From Amoebidium appalachense (lineage: Eukaryota > Protista > Ichthyosporea): DNA of 64,000 nucleotides. The translations under genes and the position numbers were made by a program. Positions within the stretch are counted from its first letter, which is position 1. The number at the start of each line of letters is the position of its first letter. The stretch lies in assembly GCA_963693365.1 (NCBI GenBank), contig CAVNZM010000001.1, positions 666,774 to 730,773 on the forward strand. Direction: 5' to 3'. The notes beneath the pieces are model-generated. The model did not search any database. It saw only the letters and a list, made by a program, of their open reading frames with translations, and was not told the origin of the DNA. Of this stretch, positions 1 to 13,960 are shown in pieces.

Positions 1-2631
1 TCACCGCCGTCTATACGCTACACTGTTCAGCTTTCCGCAATATAATTATCCCACTACTATAATCCCCTGCCGTTCCAGGCACCCACAAACTCTGCTAGTT
101 CTTGTACCCCCTCCGAATCAGCATCCTATTCGTTCTCTTATGTATTCTCTCTCAAGTATGCCAGCATTCCCACGAAACCCCCATAAAACATCCATTGTTA
201 TATGTATCCAGAAGGCCGTGCCACCAGTTATTATTTACAATTTTACAAGAAAATTATTAATAACATCTATATTACACATACCTGCCTAATGATAGTGGCC
301 CGGTATCATATAGCTATACAGCAGCCCCTCCAGATGCTCAATTAAAATGTACACAGCTTGGTTTTTTACTACCAGTGCTAATTTATATGATTTCAACATG
401 GCCTGCCATGACCTTCCTATCGATACGGTAAACCCATCCATCAGGCGGGGTTTTCAGACGTCTTTACGACAACTAATGGTTGTCGAGGACACTCATATGG
501 ATATTGTAAACCCATCCATTCGACAGTTGTTTCCGATGTCTTAAGACAGTCTTCCGAGGGGGTGCAGCAAGACCATCTTATGATGTCGTAATCCGGAGGT
601 GTGCACGACATCCAGTGTACATCCAATGTATGGGGTTAGGAGTACCACCATAATATCATCTTACGATGTCGTAATGTGCAGGTGTTTACGACATACACAG
701 TGTATCGTGGACCTTCATATGGATACTGTAAACCAATCCATGCGGGGGGTTTCAGGCGTCTATTGACAGTCTCACGTTGGGTGTCGCAAGAGCATGTTAC
801 GATGTCGTATACTGGGGGGGTTTACGACCACTAATGGTTGTCGAGGACACTCATATGGATATTGTAAACCCATCCATTCGACAGTTGATTCCGATGTCTT
901 AAGACAGTCTTCCGAGGGGGTGCAGCAAGACCATCTTATGATGTCGTAATCCGGAGGTGTGCACGACATACAGTGTACATCCAATGTATGGGGTTAGGAG
1001 TACCACCATAATATCATCTTACGATGTCGTAATGTGCAGGTGTTTACGACATACACAGTGTATCGTGGACCTTCAAATGGATACTGTAAACCAATCCATC
1101 CGGCGGGGTTTCAGACGTCTATTGACAGTCTCACGTGGGGTGTCGTAAGAGCATGTTACGATGTCGTACTCAGGTGGGGTTTACGACAACTAATGGTTGT
1201 CGAGGACATTCATATGGATATTGTAAACCCATCCATTCGACAGTTATTTCCGACGTCGTAAGACAGTCTTTCGAGGGGGTGCAGCAAGACCATCTTATGA
1301 TGTCGTAATCCGGAGGTGTGCACGACATCCAGTGTACATCCAATGTATGGGGTTAGGAGTACCACCATAATATCATCTTACGATGTCGTAATGTGCAGGT
1401 CTTTACGACATACACAGTGTATCGTGGGCCTTCATATGGATACTGTAAACCAATCCATCCGGCGGGGTTTCAGACGTCTATTGACAGTCTCACGTGGGGT
1501 GTCGTAAGAGCATGTTACGATGTCGTACACAGGTGGGGTTTACGACAACTAATGGTTGTCGAGGATATTCATATGGATATTGTAAACCCATCCATTCGAC
1601 AGTTATTTCCGACGTCGTAAGACAGTCTTCCGAGGGGGTGCAGCAAGACCATCTTATGATGTCGTAATCCGGAGGAGTGCACGACATCCAGTGTACATCC
1701 AATGTATGGGGTTAGGAGTACCACCATAATATCATCTTACGATGTCGTAATGTGCAGGTGTTTACGACATACACAGCCTGTCGTGGACCTTCAAATGGAT
1801 ACTGTAAACCAATCCATCCGGCGGGGTTTCAGACGTCTAGTGACAGTCTCACGTGGGGTGTCGTAAGAGCATGTTACGATGTCTGACTCAGGTGGGGTTT
1901 ACGACAACTAATGGTTGTCGAGGACATTCATATGGATATTTTAAACCCATCCATACGACAGTTATTTCCGACGTCGTAGGACTGTCTTCCGAGGGGTGCA
2001 GCAAGACCATCTTATGATGTCGTAATCCGGAGGTGTGCACGACATCCAGTGTACATCCAATGTATGGGGTTAGGAGTACCACCATAATATCATCTTACGA
2101 TGTCGTAATGTGCAGGTGTTTACGACATACACAGTGTATCGTGGACCTTCAAATGGATACTGTAAACCAATCCATACGGCGGGGTTTCAGACGTCTAGCG
2201 ACAGTCTCACGTGGGGTGTCGTAAGAGCATGTTACGATGTCGTACACAGGTGGGGTTTACGACAACTAATGGTTGTCGAGGACATTCGTATGGATATTGT
2301 AAACCCATCCATTCGACAGTTATTTCCGACGTCGTAAGACAGTCTTCCGAGGGGGTGCAGCAAGACCATCTTATGATGTCGTAATCCGGAGGAGTGCACG
2401 ACATCCAATGTACATCCAATGTATGGGGTTAGGAGTACCACGAAAGTTGTGGTTGCTGTAAACCCATCCATAGGTGTGGTTAGGGTTATACATTGGGCTG
2501 TCCCAATACTGTCGGTCATCCCTAAAGGGGTCGTAAACCACTCCGCCGACGGTCTACGACGTCGTCGACGGGTTTGGAGGTTTTTCCTTCATATAGCGTA
2601 AGCCCATCCATTAGACAGTCCTAAACCAGTG
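1..2631. mobile_element. End of a CACTA/CMC-type DNA transposon (terminus reads CACTGGTTTAGG on the - strand) with a subterminal repeat array
   Basis: ...CTAAACCAGTG ends at 2631, where the Copia-C ORF loses similarity (DGL| instead of DGLYY). The adjacent 2 kb is dense in short GTCGTA/ACGAC motifs in both orientations, typical of CACTA subtermini. The other end is outside the window. Confidence 0.5.
430..2440. repeat. Tandem repeat, 359-bp unit, ~5.6 copies
   Basis: GTAAACCCATCCATTCGACAG recurs near 506, 864, 1223, 1582, 1941 (variant) and 2299. ORF-track peptides repeat at the same period. Confidence 0.95.
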
Positions 2632-3967
2632 CCAACCCATCGACGAGGTCTTCGGTGGGGTTACGAGGGGGGGGGGAGATTGCTGATGAGGGTGAAATCA
2701 GGAAGGCTGGGGAGTCGGGTACGTAGAGGGTGTTGAGGCTCAGTACTGATGTTACTCCGTTGTAGGTGACGGCCAGGTTGATGACACCACGGCGATGTGC
2801 AGTGACGATGCCGAGGCCGTGGACGTCAGTTGGGGGGCATGGCTCAAGAGTAGAGAAGTACTCCTTTACTGGGCACACGTGCACGTTGGAAGCCGAGTCC
2901 CAGCAGGGGTCCATGGGTAGGGAGGCCGTGGCGGACACGAGGGCAAAATGCACCTCTTTTCCAGACTTGGTGCTGGCGCGGTGACGACGGGCAATTGAGC
3001 AGCCAGGTTTGTCACAATGTGTGACATGATGGTCTTCGTGACAGTAGGCACAGTCGAGGGAGCCAGTGGTCTTGGCTCGGGTTGGCTGGGAATGACGGTT
3101 ACCCCCTTTACGTGGGGGGTAGGGTGACCGGGAACGATAGCCGGGGGAACGGGACCGTGAGTAATCACGGTCAACTGAGGGAGATCGATCGGTGGGACGA
3201 CCGCGGGGGTGACGGGAGACGGAGCTGTCACGTCGGGGGATCCGGTGTCTGAGGTCGTCCTTGGTGAGGACACGGCTTTGCAGGGCACGTGCTGTTCGGA
3301 CGGTGGAGGAGGACCCGGACCCAGAGTCGATGAGACCTTCACGGATCTCTGCAGCTCGGATGTCACTGATTAGACAGTTGTAGGTCTCGTAGTTAATGGT
3401 ACGACGGAAGTAGTCGGCAATCATGGCCTGGATGTCGGTACAAACTAACTTACGGTTCTTCTTGAGGTGGATGAAGAAGTTATCAACCATAGTCTTGTGA
3501 GGAATGGGCTCTTCGAGGATGTGCAGGGTAGTGCACAGACGGCGTGCCATGGTGAGGTAGGCCGTCACGGTGACGGTCTTGAAGTCTTTGAGTTCAAGCT
3601 CATGGTAGTCGAGGAGGATTTGACGAGCACGATCTTCACGTTCAGCCGCATAGGTCATACGGAGGTTGTGGAAAGCTTGGGCAGGTGACACATCATCGTG
3701 GATTTGACCAGAGTTATACAGCTCGTCATTGGAGACGAGTTGAGTAAACATCTGTTCAAGGAGGTTGGAAGCCTCGGTGTAGGCCTCCTCAGTGTCGTAG
3801 CCGTGCCACTCATTCTCGTCGGAAGGGTCGACCCACTCGGGGGCCTTGATGACAGGCACTAACTTGGCCGCGGTGGTGGTACGTAGGTACCGGAAGATGA
3901 CGGGTTCCCACTCATATTAGGTGAGACGTTTGCCGGACTTCTTGTCCGTGGTGTCATCCCCTTTCCA
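2632..3967 (-). pseudogene. gag: Copia family C gag-protease fragment
   Basis: ORF 2621..3859 has a zinc knuckle CAYCHEDHHVTHC and the Copia protease motif WDSASNVHVC. It is homologous to the gags at 43898-46105 and 46822+. In-frame stop near 3917; truncated at 2631. Confidence 0.9.
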
Positions 3968-4645
3968 GGGGGTGCCAATCAGCAAACCCCCCCGGGGTGT
4001 ACTTGAATATTATTGGAATATACTGTCCAAAACGCGACCATGAATATTCAGCCAGAACATTAAATGATACACTCGTACACGTGTATGGCATTCCAATGAA
4101 CACTAACGGGCACCATGTATTCATGAATGCCTTATGAATGTCAGACGAACACATATGGAACACATGCGGAATATATGTGAATACCTAATGACGAACATTC
4201 AAGTAGTACCCACGCAACGCGTATTCGATTGTATTCTTGTAACACACAATGAACACGTATAGTATACCAACCCGAATACTCATACTGAACAGTCACTGGT
4301 ACTACACAATATCCTATGAATACCCTCTGAATATCACCTATACACTATGTATTCCATTGCACCGCATAGTGTCCATATGGTACTCATGTGTACTAACCCC
4401 ATACTCTTCGTGAACATACATGGATAGTAGCTGGGCACATCTCAGATAATATTGAATATGAATATGAATGCTAATGAATATGAAGAAGATGGTATATTCC
4501 AGTAGTACAACTACCGTGTACATGTACATTCAGCCTGCATAATCATGTATGCAAAAGGATGGGGGGGGGGGGGGGGGGGGGGTTTAAGGACCCGGACTCA
4601 AGGTTTTTTTATCACTTTCTTTTATTACTAAATTAACGGCAGTCC

Positions 4646-4789
4646 CTAGTAGCTTGGTGGTGGCTTCGTTAACTTGAAGATGCTGCCGCAGGCGAGTGAA
4701 CTATCTGAGAACCTGCATGTGTGTGTGCATGTGTGTGTGTGTGTATGTGTGTGTGTGTGTGTGTGTGTGGTGTTTGTGTGTGTGTATGT

Positions 4790-4845
<56 letters not shown>

Positions 4846-6212
4846 GTGTGTAAGTGTGCACGCGTGTGCGTGTCCGTGTGTGCGTGGTGGGGGGGGGGGG
4901 GGGGTGGGAAGGGGACGGCAGGTTTAGGGGGGGGGGGGGGGGGTGCAAGCAGAGCATGGGGAAGGAATGTATGTGGCTGATGAGGGGCGAGGGGGGGGGG
5001 GGGGGGGGAGGATCCTGGGGGTTAGCAAAAGAACACTAAGAAGTAACAAACATGAGGCCACACTCCTGTTCAAAGGCCGGTTGGTTTAAACCGCAGGCTA
5101 GTGGGGTGAGGGGGCGGTGGGGGGCGAGCGGGGGACTGGGGAAGGAAGGGTGGGGGAGGGGGGGGGGGGGGGGGGAGAGGGGGGGGGGGGGGGGGGAGGG
5201 GGGGGGTGTCTCACCGTTGCGCTCAAGATGGAAGTGAACTGTATGGGACACACAGTACCCTTCGCAGTAGGTGACCAGGTTTGCGCACAGGAACTTCTTG
5301 CATTTGTGAACCTGAGTGTGTGCAGGAGGGGCCCAGGGGGGGGGGGGGGGGGGAAGGGGGGGAGGGGGGGGGGGGGGAAGGGGGAGGGTGTGTGTGTAGG
5401 GGGGAAGAGGGGATGACCCAGGAGAAGTGAGAGGAGAGGAGGGAAGGGGAAGTATTGGTTGGGGACGGGGGGGGGGGGGGGGGGAGGTTTAGGCGGGGGG
5501 GGGGGGGGGGGGGAACAAGATGAGAGTGGGAGAAACGTCAGAAAGACAACTCGGGTTCAGACCGTGTAAGGGGGGAAGGGGGAGGGGGGAGGGGCGGAGG
5601 AAATCTGGTGGGGGCGAGGGGGGGTATATGCGAAGAAACAAGAGACAGAGGTGAGGTGCAAGACTGTGGGGAGCTAGAGTGTGAGTATCCAGGCACAAAG
5701 ATGTCTGCTCGTCAGGGTGACAATGTGTGTGAGTAGGAGAGATGGGGAAAGAGGGGACCAATGTGAACCTGGCCATAGCCTCCTCCGGTCCCAAGTTGTG
5801 CCTGGTGCAGCACACACAGACCACCTTCCTCCGTTGCTTTCTTCTTGCACTGAGTGGCGTTGTGAGGGGGTGCACTGTACCCTACGCATTGTCCAAAACT
5901 CGACGGTTCCCGCTGCACGGTAACGCCCTCGACCTGGGGAGCCTGGACACAGAGGCACGTCAGCCATTTGTCTGCGCCGATGTCCGTGATGAGCTGGCGA
6001 GCAACGGCGGGTGTGATGACGCGGTTTTCTGGTACAAGCGGGTGAGAGGCCGGCGGGGAGGCCCTAGCGGGGGTGGGGGCTTGAAACCCAAGTTGGCGAT
6101 TTGGCCTGCCGACTTGATCAGGTGTTGTTGAAACAAACTGAAGAGGGCTTGTTGTACCGAGAGGAATTGAAAGAGTCGAAATGTTCAGGCCATTTTGGAT
6201 TTTCACGACCAA
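4646..6212 (-). CDS. Tentative spliced gene with Cys/His zinc-finger-like modules, inside the DNA transposon
   Basis: Exon ending at 5769 (QCVGYSAPPHNATQCKKKATEEGGLCVLH...GQ|GT) joins in phase to exon 5311-5215 (VHKCKKFLCANLVTYCEGYCVSH). Further exons near 5060-5098 and 4646-4711 and the start codon are uncertain. Confidence 0.45.
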
Positions 6213-6485
6213 CTCATCAATTTTTACTCAACAACTACCTTTTGTTGCGCGTCTGCTGGCGAATCGCTCATGTTGAAGGTTATACTATGGCGGAGAAACG
6301 TAAGGGAACGACAGGGAAAGGTTCGGGTATGCTTATATAAGAATTGCTAAGTGAAGGCTGTGTCTAGCTACTTTGACCGCCCTGTAACGCTGTGCTTTTT
6401 GCAAAGAACAGACCGGACCGAAACGAAAAAAGGTTGGATGTACGCCCATTGAAACGGCCTTGCTGCGCTCGCCGCATTCCTGAAT

Positions 6486-7478
6486 GAGATCCACCAATGG
6501 CCAGCGGCTTTGGCACAGATCGTCATGACCAGTACCCAGTTTCCCGGATGTACATTCGCTGAATGCTCAAAAATGCAAAATAGTGCCCAACCCGAACGTT
6601 TTTGTACGTTTTTGTATATACTGTTGCATTCCAGTAAATTTGTAACACCGTTTTGGCCAGTTTTCGTGCCATTTTTTTATTTTTCATTCTGCGAACAGTC
6701 GATTAGAACGTTTTTGTACAGGATTGAGCACGATTCGAAGTCGATTAGAACGTTTTTGTACAGGATTGAGCACGATTCGAACGCAGCTCCGCCGCGCCGG
6801 CGGGTGCCAATGGCTATCCACAAATGCTCTGATTGAACATTCCATGAACACACACGGATACGCGCATCGAGTGAGGCTGAGCGAGGCAGGTTCGCGTGAC
6901 GGTGGGAGTAGTACGTAATATATATATATATATATATATATAGTAGCTTTATTGCGTCTACTGCGACCGCCTTGTAACGCTGTGCTGGTTACAACAAACG
7001 AGAAAAGAAAGAGAAGAGCGAAATTATACCCCACATGTACACCGCGGATATGCCACCATGATCCTGAGTGAGATCCACCAATGGCCAGCGGCTCTGGCAC
7101 AGATCGTCATGACCAGTACCCAGTTTCCCGGATGTACATTCGCTGAATGCTCAAAAATGCAAAAAAGTGCCCAACCGAACGTTTTTGTACGTTTTTGTAT
7201 ATACTGTTGCATTCCAGTAAATTTGTAACACCATTTTGGCCAGTTTTCGTGCCAATTTTTTATTTTTCATTCGGCGAACAGTCGATTAGAACGTTTTTGT
7301 ACAGGATTGAGCACGATTCGAACGCAGCTCCGCCGCGTTCGCCGCCGCCGGCAGGGGAGGAGCTGGGTGCCAATGGCTATCTACAAATGTTCCGATTGAA
7401 CATTCCATGAACACACACGGATACGTGCATCGAGCGAGGCTGAGCGAGGCAGGTTCGCGTGACGGTGGGAGTAGTACG

Positions 7479-7524
<46 letters not shown>

Positions 7525-7950
7525 GCTTTATTGCGTCTACTGCGACCGCCTTGTAACGCTGTGCTGGTTACAACAAACGAGAAAAGAAAGAGAAGAGCGA
7601 AATTATACCCCACATGTACACCGCGGATATGCCACCATGATCCTGAGTGAGATCCACCAATGGCCAGCGGCTCTGGCACAGATCGTCATGACCAGTACCC
7701 AGTTTCCCGGATGTACATTCGCTGAATGCTCAAAAATGCAAAAAAGTGCCCAACCGAACGTTTTTGTACGTTTTTGTATATACTGTTGCATTCCAGTAAA
7801 TTTGTAACACCATTTTGGCCAGTTTTCGTGCCATTTTTTTATTTTTCATTCTGCGAACAGTCGATTAGAACGTTTTTGTACAGGATTGAGCACGATTCGA
7901 ACGCAGCTCCGCCGCGTTCGCCGCCGCCGGCAGGGGAGGAGCTTGGTGCA
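6486..7950. repeat. Tandem repeat, ~580-bp unit, ~2.5 copies, containing (TA)n
   Basis: GAGATCCACCAATGGCCAGC at 6486, 7070 and 7649; (TA)n at ~6918 and ~7482. Confidence 0.95.
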
Positions 7951-8619
7951 ACTGAATATCCATCAGTGCAAACGAGTGCTCACGCTGAATACACGTTGAA
8001 CGTGCCATGAACACAAACGGGCACCGCCGATATATAGCTTTTTAAAGCACCCAGGCAAGGGAGAGCGACAAAAACCACTGCGTAGATAACTAAAAAAAAG
8101 GGGGGGATGTGCTAAAAAGCTAAAATATAGATTGAATGTTTTAAGAAGGTTTATTTGAAACACTGTATAGACATCAACAAATTTTATTATAAATGTTTGA
8201 CGGTATTATTTGAAATACGCAGGTATCGATACCCTTCAATAAATATAAAAGCCAACTCTGTTTGCAGCTCGCGGCGAAATGTAAAATATGAAATAAACAG
8301 CAAAGAGCTCAAATATTGATTAATTAGCAAGGCTATAATATAGTAGTGAGCACGAAAAAAAAAAATATATCCACGGGTTTTTACTACTACGTCATGTGGA
8401 GTGCTAATATGTGCGCAGGTATACCTGCGCATTATACCTGCGCACAATTAGTAGTTGTGGGAATATTGGCTTTATATAGGGCAAAAACATCCTCGGTCGT
8501 TGTGATTGTGGGAAATATTTGGAGACTTTTGATTGGACGAATATCCCTGAACATCGTCGCCTTGTGAACACATCATGTATTCGTGAATACACTGTTGAGT
8601 GCCTACGTGCTTGTTTGGA

Positions 8620-8932
8620 GTTCTGTGACGTGTGTCTGTATATGTGTGTGTGTGTGCGCGTGCGTGCGTGTGTGCCTGCGCGCACGTGTGTGTATGTGTT
8701 TTGTGTATGTGTGTGTGCGTGTGTGTGTGTGTGCGTGTGTGTGCGTGTATGTGTGTCTGTGTGTGCGTGCGTGTATGTGTGTGTGTGTGCGTGCGTGTGT
8801 GTGTGTGTGTGTGTGTGCGTGCATGCATGCACGCGTTTGTGCGTGCGCTGTGTGGCTGTGTTGTGGGTCACACACGCACACACACGGCGCGCGCGCGCGT
8901 ACGCACATATATGCATGCACACACGGACATAT

Positions 8933-8990
<58 letters not shown>

Positions 8991-9010
8991 GCGCACACAC
9001 GCACACACGG
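8620..9010. repeat. Compound (TG)n/(GCAC)n microsatellite
   Basis: Directly visible. Confidence 0.9.
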
Positions 9011-9795
9011 GTTATACAGTCCTTCGATTTATTTTGAGATCGTAAAGGGGCATTCATGCTGTTACAAACTTTACGGTACACAGTTTCGGTTTCCTTCCTT
9101 CTATGGGTACGAACATTCAAACAAACAGGCGGCACAATGTAATACTCATCGTCCTCTTAGGTTATGACTATTCACGTATAGTTACTGAACAGTCAGTTGA
9201 ACAACACACGAACACACACACTTCTTTATCGGGTCCTATCAATATCACACACACACACACACACACACACACATCAAATAATGCAAGCCAAGGAGATTAT
9301 GTAATTGGTCGTGCACGTACACGTGCACGACCAATTACATACTCAGCTCTGGCGCTCAGTCACAGTCCCCAGGTAGATAAACCTGTTTACATAGAAATCA
9401 TTGGGGCCCTTTCCAAACCTAGGAACCACGTGCACGAGCCCTAGAATCGATTCCACCTCTATGCATTCGTAGTAATGGTCTACAAGAACCAGCTTTTCAC
9501 ACCCACACCGACAACACATCCCTTTCTTCTCATACCACTGAACGAATGCAAAGCACCTATGTTCTCCCTCGTGCATGCATTTAAACAAACACAAGACCCG
9601 CGCATACCACTCGTCCTTGTTGCCTTGGTCGTCAACAGCATCCACCTGAACGCTGTCGTAGCGAGGGCTCCCATAGAATGAGTCCGATGCCACCACCCGG
9701 AAGTATAACTTGCTTCCCTCCTCTCTGATGTGGATGGACCGGTAGACGTGTATCTGGGCAAAAGGTTGTTGGAAGGGTTTTGTGTGTGTGTGCGT

Positions 9796-9834
<39 letters not shown>

Positions 9835-11050
9835 GTGATGAGAACATGTAACACAAGGAAAAAGGGGGGTGGGGGGGGAGGAGGGGGGAGGGAGGATGGG
9901 GAGGGGGAGCAGGGTGAGGATAGGGATGAAGGAAAGGCAGAGTGGGTGGGGGAGGAGAGGTGGAGAGAGGGAGAGGTGCCCTGAAAAATAACACACCTGA
10001 TTCTCGTCAGGGTTGGGCATCTGGTCCCGACGCAGCCGTGCCCCGCCAGGCCGCTGCTCTGGTGGGGTTAAAGCCCACTGTAGGCGGGCCGGAAGTTGCT
10101 TCAGTTGAGGATGCTTCTTGACGGACGCATGGTAGTTCCCGTTCCATCCAGGATAGGTCTGGTCAAGTTGGCGTAGGAAGATCGGCTTTGGTTCCTTACC
10201 TATCAGAAAAAGGTAGACAAAGGTATAGTGTGTGTGAGTGGTTATGTCGGTTTGTTATGTTTTCCGTTTGCTGGGGGGGGGGGGGGGGGGGTCTTTGCGG
10301 TGTAAAATTGTTTGCGCGATATGTTGCTGCATGCTTAAACAGTTTGTGCAAGCCCCCCTAGGCCGTGGAAAGGTTGTGGTCGTGTATGCTGGTGGGGGGA
10401 ACGGTGCACTATGCACGGGAAGTCCTTAGTTGCACTGGGGGGGTGGGGGGGGGGGGGGGAGGGGGGTTCAACCCTTCGAAATTGCCATCAACTATACGAG
10501 TGTATTCAATGGTATTACCCTGTGCCTAGATCAGAGTGTTCACGTGTCCTAGGATACTAATGTAATGGGTACGAACACCTTGTTGGTAAACGAGGATGAT
10601 ACGTTAACACCCAATTGGAACACCCACGAATACATTCGTACATCGATTGGACAGTTGGTCGTCCGACCCAGCACCACGTGGAGGTAATAAATCAAAAAAG
10701 ACCACCGATGCACATGTCTCTGTGTGTGTGTGTTGGGGGGGGGGGGGGGATATTCTTTATGGTTAACTGGGTAAGGGGGGACTGCACCGATCAGGATGTA
10801 ATCCTCCCCAAGCTTCTCTGCAATGGCCTCTTCTTGTGCTGCAACAGCCAGTGGGTCCTCCACAACACCACTAGGGTCCTCCACCTCACCTCTGTCCAAG
10901 AGGTTACTGTCAGCCAGGCTGGAGAGGAATGCCATAGCCTCGTATCTTCTGATGTTCTCCACCATCTGTTGTGTGTGTACGAAGGTGTGTGTGTGTTGAG
11001 GGGGCAAGGGGGGAGGGTGAGTGTTGGGGGAAGGGGGTGGGGGGGGGGGG

Positions 11051-11091
<41 letters not shown>

Positions 11092-11173
11092 GAGAGGAAG
11101 GGGGAGAGTTAGTGAATACGTGAGAAACGAAGGGTGTGATCCATAGGTAGCAGGCAGATGAGGTGGGGGAGGG

Positions 11174-11204
<31 letters not shown>

Positions 11205-11479
11205 CTGATTTACCTGGCTTTCAAAGGTGATGGTGTTCTTGTTAGTGGACTTGTATGCCACCTTCGACAGCTTGTGGTGGCGCTCTCCACCCTCAGCTGA
11301 CTCGAATGCCCCAAACTCCTTTGTGGCCAAGGAGTAGTGCTTGCCGACGTGGAACTTTATGAAGTTCATCTCTGATGGGTTGCAGCCCTTGAAGGTCTTT
11401 TCCATGCGGTCACAGAACCTGTATGCAGATTGATTTGCACTAATAGTCACTGCATGCTCACTCACTGCATGCTGGTGGG

Positions 11480-12150
11480 GGGCATGGTGCATTACACGTG
11501 TGCCATGCACGGGAAAGCAACAGATGCAATGGGGGGGGGGGGGGGGACGGGGGGGGGGGGGTCTTTGCGGTGTAAAATTGTTTGCGCGATAATTCGCTGC
11601 ATGCCAAAACAGTGGGTGTAAGCCCCCCTAAGCCGTAGGAAGGTTGTGGTCGTGCATGCTGGTGGGGGGCATGGTGCACTACACGTATACCATGCACGGG
11701 AAAGCAACAGATGCACTGGGGGGGATGGACGGGGGGGGTCTTTGGGGTGTAAAATTGTTTGCGCGATAATTCGCTGCATGCCAAAACAGTGGGTGCAAGC
11801 CCCCCTAAGCCGTAGGAAGGTTGTGGTCGTGCATGCTGGTGGGGGGAATGGTGCACTACACGTATACCATGCACGGGAAAGCAACAGATGCACTGGGGGG
11901 GATGGACGGGGGGGGTCTTTGCGGTGTAAAATTGTTTGCGCGATAATTCGCTGCATGCCAAAACAGTGGGTGCAAGCCCCCCTAAGCCGTAGGAAGGTTG
12001 TGGTCGTGCATGCTGGTGGGGGGCATGGTGCACTACACGTATACCATGCACGGGAAAGCAACAGATGCACTGGGGGGGATGGACGGGGGGGGTCTTTGCG
12101 GTGTAAAATTGTTTGCGCGATAATTCGCTGCATGCCAAAACAGTGGGTGC
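11480..12150. repeat. Intronic tandem repeat, 177-bp unit, ~3.8 copies (partial copy at ~10270-10420)
   Basis: GTCTTTG(C/G)GGTGTAAAATTG at 11561, 11738, 11915, 12092 and ~10291. Confidence 0.95.
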
Positions 12151-12501
12151 AACGTTGTGTTTTTTTCGTGTGACCCTCGCACTCCAGGGGCACATTCCCC
12201 ATCCCCCCCATAAACTGTGTGGTAACTTTCTCGTGCTAGAAGCTGTTCTGTGGGTAGTTATTGAAAAAACCAATAATGTGTAAGCAACGCATGTACATAT
12301 ACTATGCTACAAGGGGGGTTCTATTCGAGCTACAACCGTGTGTTTTTTTCGTGTGACCCTCGTACTCCAGGGGCACATTCCCCATCCCCCCCATAAACTG
12401 TGTGGTAAATTTCTCGTGCTAGAAGCTGTTCTGTGGGTAGTTATTGAAAAAACCAATAATGTGTAAGCAACACATGTACATATACTATGCTACAAGGGGG
12501 G
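12150..12501 (-). repeat. Two units of the ~183-bp repeat, inverted relative to 13960-15625
   Basis: Reverse complement of the units in the downstream array. Confidence 0.9.
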
Positions 12502-12506
12502 ACGTG

Positions 12507-12538
<32 letters not shown>

Positions 12539-12749
12539 CGTAGTGGGAAGGAGGGAAGACAGGGGGGTTGGGGGGGGGGGGGCGGGGGTTGGGGGGGGGG
12601 GGGGGCGGCAGACACGTACGTTCTGTAACGCTCCTTCATCTCGTTGAGTGAGTCCTTTTTTATAATGTATTTCCGTTTATATATTTACACATAATCGCCA
12701 CATGCATTTACCGGTGCGCCATGATAAACACATGGCCGGCTTATCATTG

Positions 12750-12795
<46 letters not shown>

Positions 12796-12876
12796 CATTC
12801 GATACCGTCCAATCTTGCTCTTCCCAAGGCATCCACATGCTCGCACACAATGCAGAAACATGCACTCACACACACG

Positions 12877-12916
<40 letters not shown>

Positions 12917-13117
12917 ACACACACACAAACACACAACACACACACACACACATACAGAGAGACACACACACATATGCACACACACGGTGCATTTCCTCCC
13001 CTCCCATTCCCTCTCCACAGAGCACACACACACACACACGTGCACACATGCACACACATGGTGCATCCCCCCCCCCCCCCTTCCCTCTCAACCGAGCACA
13101 TACACACACACATACAT

Positions 13118-13152
<35 letters not shown>

Positions 13153-13882
13153 CACACATGCACACATGCACGGACACGAATCCCCCCCTTCCCCTTCCCT
13201 CTCCACCGAGCACATGCACACATGCACAGACATGCACACACACACACACACCACACACGACGCACACAGACATGCACACACACACAAACACACAACACAC
13301 ACACACACACATACACACAGACACACACACACACACACACACACATACATGCACACACACGGTGCATTTCCCCCCTCCCCTTCCCTCTCCACAGAGCACA
13401 CACACACACACGTGCACACATGCACACACACGGTGCATCCCCCTTCTCCCCCCCTGCCCTTTCAACTGAGCACATACACACACACAGACATGCACACACA
13501 CACAACATACACAGACATCCACACATCAGACACAGACACGCATACACACACACACACAGGCACACACACACACATGCACATATGCACACACAGACACACA
13601 CACATGCACATGCACACTCACATATGCACACACACACACACACGCAAACACACACACACACACACACATACAGATATGCACACACACACACTGTCTCTCT
13701 CTCTTTTCTCCCTCCCTCCCACCCTCCCTCCCCCCTCCCCCCTCCCTCCCTCCCTCCCAACCATCCCTCCCTCCCTCCCTCCGTCCCTCCCTCCGTCCCT
13801 CCCTCCCCCCTCCCTCCCTCCCTCCCAACCATCCCTCCCTCCCTCCCCCCGTCCCTCCCTCCCTCCGTCCCTCCCTCCCTCC

Positions 13883-13924
<42 letters not shown>

Positions 13925-13960
13925 CACACACACACATGCACATGCACATGCACATGCACC
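12750..13960. repeat. (CA)n-rich and (CCCT)n-rich low-complexity tract
   Basis: Directly visible; some higher-order repetition. Confidence 0.9.

Larger units (their letters stand above)
9343..12680 (-). pseudogene. C-terminal half of an intron-containing Plavaka-like transposase gene
   Basis: Phase-consistent GT-AG exons: ~12680-12620, 11418-11214, 10965-10788, 10199-9997, 9753-9343. Motifs NFIKFHVGKHY..TKEFG..SAEGGERHH..KVAYKSTNK..QMVENIRRYE and RYDSVQV..YARVLCLF..FAFVQWY..ILGLVHVVPRFG..FYVNRF match my recollection of Plavaka C-termini. N-terminal exons not found. Confidence 0.75.

Noticed and set aside
430-2440. Regular short repeats resembling a CRISPR array, and repeated ORFs
   Set aside because: Whole 359-bp units repeat with no unique spacers, there are no cas genes and the context is eukaryotic; the ORFs are by-products.
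11458-12273. Repetitive 239-271 aa ORFs
   Set aside because: The 177-bp unit is divisible by 3 and lies within a phase-consistent intron.
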